Below, in pieces: positions 1 to 8,900 of a stretch of 64,000 nt of DNA (its first letter is position 1; the number at the start of each line of letters is the position of its first letter). Where the stretch lies: contig CANLLM010000003.1 of the NCBI GenBank assembly GCA_947491825.1, forward strand, positions 2,067 to 66,066, in the 5' to 3' direction. A program made the translations under genes and the position numbers. The notes under the pieces are model-generated. The model did no database searches and was not told the DNA's origin. It worked only from the letters and a program-made list of their open reading frames with translations. This DNA is from Bacteroidota bacterium (GTDB lineage Bacteria; Bacteroidota; Bacteroidia; UKL13-3).

Positions 1-267
1 AGTTTAAACCTAACAAGTACGCAATTAAATAGAAGACTTAAACGAATTGCAGGTCAAAATACAATAACCTACATTAAAAACTTCCGCTTAGATTTTGCTA
101 ATCAACTTTTAAAATTTAAAAGTTATAACATTACTGAAGTAGCCCGTCTATCAGGCTTCAGCTCTTCTTCTTATTTTATAAAACAGTACAAATTAAAATT
201 CGGAAAATCACCGAAGCAAAACAGAAATAAGTACACCAACAACGTTGAGCTTAGTCAAATTTTGTAA
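1..267 (+). CDS. AraC/XylS-family transcriptional regulator, C-terminal HTH part (5' end lies outside the window)
   Basis: Frame 1 is open from base 1 to TAA at 265-267. It reads ...LNRRLKRIAGQNTITYIKNFRLDFANQLLKFKSYNITEVARLSGFSSSSYFIKQYKLKFGKSPKQ..., the typical AraC-type double HTH. It is absent from the ORF track because no start codon lies in the window. Confidence 0.75.
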   Translation, partial: SLNLTSTQLNRRLKRIAGQNTITYIKNFRLDFANQLLKFKSYNITEVARLSGFSSSSYFIKQYKLKFGKSPKQNRNKYTNNVELSQIL

Positions 268-355
268 GCATAAATGATCTTATCTTTATTATAGTTTATC
301 CATAATAGTTAGGCTGTAATAGTATTGTTGAGCTAATACATCAGTAGTTAAATGA

Positions 356-1348
356 TTAATTATACTTTACTAAACGCTTTAATATTAACCACATTGTTTT
401 TCTAACACCCAGGTAAATCCATCCTCGTATTTTGAGTTCTTTGTATAAATGTAAAAACAACCCTGGCTTAGCAGTAAGATGAAACCACACACAATTATTT
501 AATGCTTGCTGCAACCTAATTGCACCCCCTGTTTCCAACAATACTTTATCGAAAAAAGCAAGTGTGCTTTTAAACCATAACAAGCTATACTCATGGGTAA
601 CGTGTCTGTTAAGACATATTGCTAGTCTGAGACTATCATCTGCATTTAAAACAGGGATAAGTTTTTTGATAAGTCCAGTTTTAATTTTTGTATTTAATTT
701 AGCGACTTGCTCCATATTTTTTTTATGGGTTCCATCGTGGTAACGATATTTAATAAGCGGCTCATCTAGGTTAGCCATTAGGGTTAATGAAAAGCATTCA
801 ACCCACAGTGCCAAATCTTCAGCAAATTGATAGTCCGTATTATATTGAATCTTATTTAACCTAAGAAAACTAGTCCGAAACATAACACTTGGATGCACAA
901 AAGGGGAAGCATTTAAGGTGTGCCAAATTATATCCTCATGCAAAATAGGTAAAGCCCTACTCCGCCCATTTATGCCAATATACTGTGTACCTAAAATAGC
1001 TATATCCGGATTATTCAACAACATCTCTACCTGTTTTGCAAGTCGATGTTTTAAGCTAATATCATCAGCATCCATACGCGCTATAAAAGCACCCTCAGCC
1101 AAAGTTAAACCATAATTTAGTGCAGATACGATACCTTGTTGTTTAGTATATACATGATATTTTATTCGCGAATCATTAAATGCATTTACAATGCCTTCCG
1201 TATCATCGTTACTGCCATCATTAATAATAATTAACTCAAAGTGGTGATACGTTTGCTTCAATATACTTTTTATTGCATCAGACAAAAACAATGCACCATT
1301 GTGAACTGGCATTACTACAGATACTAAAGGATATGATGCTTCTAACAT
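356..1348 (-). CDS. Family 2 (GT-A) glycosyltransferase
   Basis: 330 aa. N-terminal VSVVMPVHNG...ELIIINDGSNDDT and a DxD-type ARMDADD motif. ATG at 1348 overlaps the upstream gene by 7 nt. Confidence 0.85.
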   Translation of the reverse strand: MLEASYPLVSVVMPVHNGALFLSDAIKSILKQTYHHFELIIINDGSNDDTEGIVNAFNDSRIKYHVYTKQQGIVSALNYGLTLAEGAFIARMDADDISLKHRLAKQVEMLLNNPDIAILGTQYIGINGRSRALPILHEDIIWHTLNASPFVHPSVMFRTSFLRLNKIQYNTDYQFAEDLALWVECFSLTLMANLDEPLIKYRYHDGTHKKNMEQVAKLNTKIKTGLIKKLIPVLNADDSLRLAICLNRHVTHEYSLLWFKSTLAFFDKVLLETGGAIRLQQALNNCVWFHLTAKPGLFLHLYKELKIRGWIYLGVRKTMWLILKRLVKYN

Positions 1349-2493
1349 AACTCAACCTCCCTTATTAAATGCTCAAATTGATTTAGCTGTATTTCTTTAC
1401 TAAAACAACTTTGGGCTATTTGTTGTGATTTTTTTTGGAGCAATCCCAAATTCTTATGTTGAACCATTTTCCTTATTGCATCAGCTAAATGAACTGCATT
1501 ACCAGGCTCAACTAAATAACCGTTAGCATCTACCATTTCAATCAAACCTCCAGTTTTTGAAAAAATTACCGCATTCCCATTTGCCAAAGCCTCTAAAGCA
1601 AACATAGAAACACCCTCGTACAAAGACGGAAGCAATACCACATGAGATTGCTGAAGCATAGTCAACAATTGTTGATGTGGTAAGTTGGGTTTTAAAGTTA
1701 CAAAATCAGATTGCTCCACCAATTGTTTAAAATTTGAAAACTTACTGCCCGCTCCTATAATTACCATTTCTGCATTGGCTGCTAACATATCATCCTTAAT
1801 CAATGGCAATGCTTTTAATAATACATTAAATCCTTTTTGTTTGTAGCCTTCTTCATCCATACGTCCAAGCATCAGAAAGGTTACACGCGCTGCTTTTTTA
1901 CTTAAATCAAATGTATTCACATCAATGGCATTGGTTACAACATATTTGCTTTTTAACTTAGGTTGATTTAGCACATTGTTCAAAGCATAATCTAGATGAT
2001 ATTGATTGGTAGCACAGACATGCTTAATTTTTTTAGCCGATAAAAAGCGCCAAAACCACCTGCGTAATTTATATTTTTTATGTTTGCCTAATAGTAAATA
2101 CTCGGTATCGCTAGTTGAGTGAAAACGAACAACTGTTTTTTTAAGGATAAATTCCGATAGAAAAAATGACAATAAAGGTACATCGCCTGTTTCAATAAAA
2201 AGAAGTTGATAAGCATGTTGTTGGTTAAGCTTATTAATAAATTGAGCCTGTTTATAAAACTCATAAAACAAACCAAAACCCCAAACTTTTAAAGTAGGCT
2301 TATATCTATATATATTAAAATTTTTAGCTACAAAAGGTTCCGCTTCGCCAGTACCTAAAATTTGGGGTGTAAGCACATCAACCTTAAAACCACCTTGAAG
2401 TAAATTGGTAATTAATTGCTCAAAAGCATGCGTGTAGCCAGTGGTTTCAGGCAAAAAAACAGGGCAATATATGAGTAATCGCTTATTGCCCAT
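1342..2493 (-). CDS. GT4-type (GT-B, retaining) glycosyltransferase
   Basis: 383 aa. C-terminal LLPSLYEGVSMFALEALANGNAVI (E-x7-E) signature. Overlaps glf by 11 nt. Confidence 0.85.
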   Translation of the reverse strand: MGNKRLLIYCPVFLPETTGYTHAFEQLITNLLQGGFKVDVLTPQILGTGEAEPFVAKNFNIYRYKPTLKVWGFGLFYEFYKQAQFINKLNQQHAYQLLFIETGDVPLLSFFLSEFILKKTVVRFHSTSDTEYLLLGKHKKYKLRRWFWRFLSAKKIKHVCATNQYHLDYALNNVLNQPKLKSKYVVTNAIDVNTFDLSKKAARVTFLMLGRMDEEGYKQKGFNVLLKALPLIKDDMLAANAEMVIIGAGSKFSNFKQLVEQSDFVTLKPNLPHQQLLTMLQQSHVVLLPSLYEGVSMFALEALANGNAVIFSKTGGLIEMVDANGYLVEPGNAVHLADAIRKMVQHKNLGLLQKKSQQIAQSCFSKEIQLNQFEHLIREVELC

Positions 2494-3595
2494 CGCTCAA
2501 TATTATTTGTGATTGATACAGCGCTGCTGCAACAACTTGGTGCATATCATAGTATTTATATTCTGCTAATCTACCACCAAAAAGTACTTTACTTTCTTTG
2601 TTTGATAGCTTTTTATATTGATTGTATAGGGCATTATTTTTTTCATCGTTAATGGGATAATATGCTTCTCCTCCTTTTTGGTATTGTTCAGGATACTCAT
2701 AAGAAACTACGGTATGGTCCAATGCTGCCCAAGCAAAATGTTTATGCTCAACCACCCTAGTATATGGCACATCGGGCGAAGTATAATTAAATACTGCGTT
2801 GCCCTGAAAGTCTTTAACACCAATCATTTCTTTATGGTCAAACCTTAACGATCGGTATTGTAACTCACCCAAACAATAATCAAAATAAGCATCAATTTTT
2901 CCGGTGTATATTACCTTATTGGCTATCGTTAACCAATGCGCAATGTCTACCAAAAAATCAACCCCTAATTTAACCTCAATACCAAGCAATAATCCTTCTG
3001 TAAGTTTATTGTATCCCCCAACTGGAATTCCTTGGTAAGTATCGTTGAAGTAATTGTTATCGTAGGTGAATCTTAATGGTATACGTTTAATTAAAAATGC
3101 AGGTAATTCATCACAAGGTTTACCCCATTGTTTCTCTGTATAATGTTTTATTAGCTTCTCGAAAATGGTTGGCCCCACCATGCTTAATGACTGCTCTTTA
3201 AGGTTTGCGGGGTTTGATTTTATATAAGGCGCTGTTTCTTCTGCCATTTTATGTTGCGCTTCTTCAACGGTTTTCACCCCCCAAAGTTGCTCAAAGGTAT
3301 TCATGTTAAAAGGCATATTGTATACCTCTTTGTAATACTGTGCTTTTGGCGAATTTATAAATGGTTTAAATGCAACAAAGCTGTTCACAAAATCCCATAT
3401 TCGTTTATCATTGGTATGAAAAATATGTGCTCCATACTGATGAACCTGAATACCACCCACATCTTTACAATAGGTATTTCCGCCAATATGCATGCGTTTA
3501 TCAATTACTAGGCATTTCTTACCTGCTTTATGTAATTGATGTGCACAAGTTGCCCCATAAAGTCCAGCACCAACTATTAGGTAATCGTAGGTCAT
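2483..3595 (-). CDS. glf: UDP-galactopyranose mutase
   Basis: 370 aa. N-terminal FAD fold YDYLIVGAGLYGATCA. Conserved Glf blocks HIGGNTY, HQYGAHIFHTN, YNxKxWG-like QWGKPCDELP and GRLAEYKYYDMHQV. Confidence 0.92.
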   Translation of the reverse strand: MTYDYLIVGAGLYGATCAHQLHKAGKKCLVIDKRMHIGGNTYCKDVGGIQVHQYGAHIFHTNDKRIWDFVNSFVAFKPFINSPKAQYYKEVYNMPFNMNTFEQLWGVKTVEEAQHKMAEETAPYIKSNPANLKEQSLSMVGPTIFEKLIKHYTEKQWGKPCDELPAFLIKRIPLRFTYDNNYFNDTYQGIPVGGYNKLTEGLLLGIEVKLGVDFLVDIAHWLTIANKVIYTGKIDAYFDYCLGELQYRSLRFDHKEMIGVKDFQGNAVFNYTSPDVPYTRVVEHKHFAWAALDHTVVSYEYPEQYQKGGEAYYPINDEKNNALYNQYKKLSNKESKVLFGGRLAEYKYYDMHQVVAAALYQSQIILSDGQ

Positions 3596-3599
3596 TATT

Positions 3600-5030
3600 T
3601 TATTTTATTTTATTTTTTATGGTTGATATGGCCTGATAAATAAATTCATTTTTCAAAACAACATATTGAACAACCGCATAAACCAAAGTACAAAAAAACA
3701 AGCTGGCAATAATGATAAATGATGGAATGTCGAACACGGTTTTGCATATCCAAACAACAGGAATAAAACTTAAGCAAAGTATAAAATCATTCCTTATTCT
3801 TAACAGATTAAATTTGATACTAAACTTTTTATAGGCAAAGTAATATGTAATGAACGTAACAATAACCTCTGTTACAACAATTGCAAATGCAGCGCCATTA
3901 TGAGCGAATATTGGAACCAAAAAAGTATTTAAAATAATATTAACTAGCATCCCAACAAATACACTTTTTAAAACCAGCTTATCATTTCCAGAAGCAGATA
4001 AAATTTGCATACCAAATAAATTACTGAGCCCTATAAGCAAAGGTAAAAAACTTAACAACCGCATTGCAGTTAATGCATCCGCGAATGCATCGCCAGAAAA
4101 TACAAAGAGCAACTCTGGAGCCAATAAAAACATACCTACTCCAATAGGTATGGCCAAATCAACAATAAAGTTAAAGGAAGTTTGTAAATGAGCGGGGTTT
4201 TGAATATTTGCTGCAAAAGTTCGTGCGCTTCTTGGCAGCAATACCGTACCTAATGCCGATACAATTGGAATACCAATTTTACTTAGCTTAACAGCAGATA
4301 TATACATCCCAACTGCTGCTGCCGTGCTTAAAAAACCAACCCAAACTGTATCAAAAATGGTGTACATGGCTATGCATACATTCATCAGAAAAATAATAAA
4401 TATAGGCTGAAAGTGCTGAAATAAATTGAGATTGGAAAAACTGAAATTCACCTTAGTGAAAGCATAAAATAAATTCCACAAATGCCCACTAAGTATGCTT
4501 AAAATAGAAATTAATAGATAAGGAAAAACATCGCTCTCATCTTTTACAAATAACAAAAGAAAAACCACGGTAATTATCCTTATTACAAGCGAGCGAATGG
4601 TGATTATTTTAAAGTCTTCCAAACCTGCAAACAGCCAATCAATAGCCAAAAAACCCAACAGCACTTGAAGCGCGGCAATTGTAAATAAATCAGCATTTTG
4701 TTGAAGTGTTCCGCTGGCATATAAAACTATGGCATATACAATGGTACTTATAAAAGCAGTAATAATATTAAGTACTAGCAGCTCACTTACCAATTTATTT
4801 AGCTTGTCTTTTTTGTTTTTAACTTTAGCAACCTCACGCATGCCATAGATAGGAATTCCAAGCGAGGCTATTGTTACAAAATACTTGCTAAACTGCAACG
4901 CAAAATGCACATTACCTAATCCTTGAGGACCAAGCATACGAGCAATATAAGGGAAAACCAACACCGGAAAAACGATGTTACTTACCACCAATAAAATGTT
5001 AAATAAAAAATTACGTTTAACTGAAGCCAT
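3600..5030 (-). CDS. wzx: MOP-superfamily polysaccharide flippase (Wzx-like), copy 1
   Basis: 476 aa and highly hydrophobic (about 12+ helices). N-terminus KRNFLFNILLVVSNIVFPVLVFPYIARMLGPQGLG is typical of the polysaccharide biosynthesis protein family. Confidence 0.8.
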   Translation of the reverse strand: MASVKRNFLFNILLVVSNIVFPVLVFPYIARMLGPQGLGNVHFALQFSKYFVTIASLGIPIYGMREVAKVKNKKDKLNKLVSELLVLNIITAFISTIVYAIVLYASGTLQQNADLFTIAALQVLLGFLAIDWLFAGLEDFKIITIRSLVIRIITVVFLLLFVKDESDVFPYLLISILSILSGHLWNLFYAFTKVNFSFSNLNLFQHFQPIFIIFLMNVCIAMYTIFDTVWVGFLSTAAAVGMYISAVKLSKIGIPIVSALGTVLLPRSARTFAANIQNPAHLQTSFNFIVDLAIPIGVGMFLLAPELLFVFSGDAFADALTAMRLLSFLPLLIGLSNLFGMQILSASGNDKLVLKSVFVGMLVNIILNTFLVPIFAHNGAAFAIVVTEVIVTFITYYFAYKKFSIKFNLLRIRNDFILCLSFIPVVWICKTVFDIPSFIIIASLFFCTLVYAVVQYVVLKNEFIYQAISTIKNKIK

Positions 5031-5982
5031 TGCTGCAATAAGCCACTAAAGGCTCTGCATAATACGAAATTTGATTGATATGATATTGCTTTAAAAACAC
5101 ATCAGGAATGTAAATATTCTGTTTTTGCAGAATTAATGCAACAACTTCTTCTTTTGTTGATATAATGGGTTGATTTGCTTCCCTTAGCAACTGACCCAGA
5201 CCACCCGCATTATTACCAATTACAGGTGTACCTAATAACATACTTTCATGCGCTGTTCTGTTCCAGCCCTCGTTAAATGATGTGAAGCAAACAGTATACA
5301 AACTTGCTGCTAATTCTTTTAAATATTCATCAAATATCAATTTTTTAACTTCATAATGTTGATGAGCAATTACCACATTAGATTGTGATGTGGTAAAAAA
5401 ACAATAGTAACCTAGTGTGGTTAGTTCCTCCGCAATTTCAAACACCAATGGATGTTGCTTTGCTCCAAATTGGCCTAAGTATATTTGCTGTTTCTTTAGG
5501 GTTTTTGTTTTTACCTCTTCATAAATCTTGTCATCAAACAAATTAGGTATTACCTCAATATTTGATTGTTTTACACCCCTTTGTATCAACCAGTCTTTCC
5601 AATATTGAGCCACTACAACTACCCTTAACTTATGAATGTCAATCTTTAATAAGTAAATAAGCAACTTCATATTAAAATGATAAAACCAACTATGCTGTTC
5701 CTTTCTATCATAATGATGCAATACAACAATGGTTTTACTTCGTCTGAAGATACCCATTAATAAAATAGGTAATGCAATTCTTTGTACGGTTAAATTGATG
5801 GTTCCATTTGCATGTTTAAACGCATAATTCCAAAGCAATAAAAAACCCTTTAGGCCTTTAAACTCTTTTTCTATGCGGCATTCAACGTAATTAATATGAA
5901 GTGATGTGGCCAAATACTTCCCTACTAAAACCTCGTGGCGATAACCACCTGTTTTGGCTGATCCATGCGATATGTAATTCAA
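5017..5982 (-). CDS. GT-B type glycosyltransferase (GT4-like)
   Basis: 321 aa. C-terminal FNEGWNRTAHESMLLGTPVIGNNAGG motif. The start at 5982 is TTG (longest option), so the true start is uncertain. Confidence 0.6.
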   Translation of the reverse strand: MNYISHGSAKTGGYRHEVLVGKYLATSLHINYVECRIEKEFKGLKGFLLLWNYAFKHANGTINLTVQRIALPILLMGIFRRSKTIVVLHHYDRKEQHSWFYHFNMKLLIYLLKIDIHKLRVVVVAQYWKDWLIQRGVKQSNIEVIPNLFDDKIYEEVKTKTLKKQQIYLGQFGAKQHPLVFEIAEELTTLGYYCFFTTSQSNVVIAHQHYEVKKLIFDEYLKELAASLYTVCFTSFNEGWNRTAHESMLLGTPVIGNNAGGLGQLLREANQPIISTKEEVVALILQKQNIYIPDVFLKQYHINQISYYAEPLVAYCSNGFS

Positions 5983-5999
5983 TGCTTTGATAACTGTTA

Positions 6000-8900
6000 T
6001 TATTTCATGAGGTAAATTTTACCTACATTTTCTACAAAATAGTTATCTGCAATGGTATGTCGATGCTCAACAGTGGAACCATTTATACGGGTTAATACCT
6101 GATATAAATAAACTCCGTTAGCCAGTCTATCTCCAAAATTATCAGTGCCATCCCAACTATAGTCGCTCCTATTCTGGCCAATTTTAATAGGTCCAAACTC
6201 GTCTTTGCTAATCTCTTTTACAATCTTCCCGCTAACTGTCATGATACGAATTAAAAGTTGATCAGGAGGCGATGCTCCAGTTAACGTGAAAACAAACTTT
6301 ACATTGGTAGTTGCAGGATTTGGATATGGGAAAAAGTTAGTAATGGTTGATTTTTTTTGCATATTAAAATCAACCTCATAAAAATCACTACCCGCAATGT
6401 TTCCACTAGCATCTTTATTAAGGACTTTAAGGGTATATATACCTTCCTCGTTTAAGGTTGGCTTATACTCTAATGTTGCTTTATTGTTTTGATCGCTTGC
6501 TGGAATAAACCTTAACTCTGGCGATGAAATATTTATTCGCTCAAAATCTATATCGGAAGGTTTGCGCATATATACTACAAACGAAGAGGTATCTGTTTGC
6601 AACTTAAATTTACTATCGTCTTTAGAGGTAATTCTGATGGTTGGTGAGGGAGAAACAAAGTCTCCATTTATAATTCTGAATCCATCAAAAGTCACATCCA
6701 TTTGCGGATTAATATTATCACCTTTAACAATAAAGCTTTTAAATAAGTAGTTGTTTACTTTGGTAAGTTCATTTTGTAGTCCCTCATTAAAATACACCTC
6801 CAAAGCATGCTGTCCACTGAGGTTATAGGTAGATACAGCGTCACTAAAACGCACTATTCCACCAGGCAATAGTTGCCCTAAATTTTTATATTTTGAGTAT
6901 TTAAGTACCCTATTTTGATCTAGGATTCGCATAAAAACAGGTATGCTATCAAACCCAATTTTAGAAACGTTTTTAAATGCTAATGTTAGTTTCAGCGAAT
7001 CGCCTTGGTCTAAATTAGCAGCATAAAAGTTGAATCCATCTGCGACAGAAATTGTACCTTCAGGAGTAGGGGTATATCTTATAGTCCAATAATAAACTTG
7101 ATCGGGTGTGCGGTAGGTGGTATCAAACAAATTAAACTTTAACTTTAAATACGGATAAATAGAAGCATCAATAAATGACAGGTCTTGTTCGGCAACGGCA
7201 TCATCTACAATTAAAGTGTCAACACCATTATTGCTCACCCCTATTATACTTACTTTATTGTAGTCGTTACCATCGTTTTCTGTGCCATTAAATTTAAATC
7301 CAATGTTTTTCCAACTAATAGCAGGACCAATAATTCTGCTGGTTCCACTACCAGTAAACCATTTACCATACAAAACTGTATTTGCAACAGCATTTGTATC
7401 TGTTGTTAATAAACTTAACGTATCCTCTGCAATACTTCCTATTGGTGCACCCGCAATACCCACCATACTAAACGCTGCATTGGGGTTATTTGCATTAGCT
7501 ACTTTTATTGAACCTAACTTGGCAAAAGCATTACGCATTTGTGGCGACCAAGTGGCATTTCCATTGTTATACACACTCCAAATTGCTACATAAGTTCCTG
7601 CATCTAAAGAATCAACAAACCGCTGAAAATCTACTTGCCCTTGAGGTGAATTAGGAAATCCATAATAAAACAACTTACGTAGGTTTGCGTTACTATTGTT
7701 GTTAATTACATTCGCACAATTCATGGGGAAACGTGGATTAATGAACATACGTAAAGTACGTCTATCAATTGCAATAGCAAAAAAACCATTACTAATACAA
7801 CTCAACGATCCAGGATTTTGGTTTTCACCTTCATAAAATAACCCCCTTGCACCATGTGCAATTCTATTTGCTCTAACATCTATTACCGCAGAGTTATCGC
7901 TAAAATCAATTTTTTTATTTAGGCTATCAATTTGTATTAGGTTTGATTGGGTTAAGTCTATTACACGTGCAAAAGTACGTTGCATCCATGCATCTTCATG
8001 ACCAGGTATAAAAGTAAATACCCCATTAACCCAGCGTCCACCTTGTTGTTCAGTTAAATTTAACCTAGCCCTCCAATAAAAAGTGGTGGTATCTGCTGCT
8101 CCATGTTTAAATGGCCATTGCAAAAACGACCCTCCTCTTACTGCCCCACTCTTGATTTTTTGTGGTGTTGTAAAACTTGGTTCAAGGTCCACCTCAATAA
8201 TAAACTCATTTTGGGTATTGGCTACATTATTATTCTGAACCGTTAGCCAAACAGTATCCGTACCAACAACACCATCAACTTGAGGATACAAGATTAAGCA
8301 TCCGTTACCTGGTATAAATATAGTATTAGTAGATGTGTTGTTATTTTCAAACAATTCTTGTACTTCATTATTGGCATCTACCCTAAACTCAAAAATATTA
8401 TTGCCTAGCGCCAACTCACCTAATGTTTCAACCCTTAAATGAAAAGTATCTTTATTTAACACCCTGCCGCAACGAATGCTCTGATAGGTAATTAACTGAT
8501 TATTGGGCAACCGCCTACTTATACTTACCGAAAAAGAATCGACAGAAGTTTTAGCATAATTATTTACCACAAATCCTAAATCTATAAACTCGTCTTGAAT
8601 AGATAAGCTCGAGTTCTTTACAAATACATCACTGCTACCTATAGTGTAATCGGGAGCTGACGGGCTGTAAATAACAACTGAAGGATCTCCTTGAAGCACC
8701 CATTGCAAGTTGTGTGACTTGGTAGTTACATTGTTGTTAGACAACATTTTTGTTACCTCGTACATGATTTTACCAACAGAGGCACCATAGTTAACTTGGG
8801 TATATTGGGCATAAAAATTATTTACCAGAGGAGGTAAAAAACCATCGAAGGTAAAATTAGAGTGTGCCAACCAACCTATAGCTCCCTTGTTGGCTGAGCA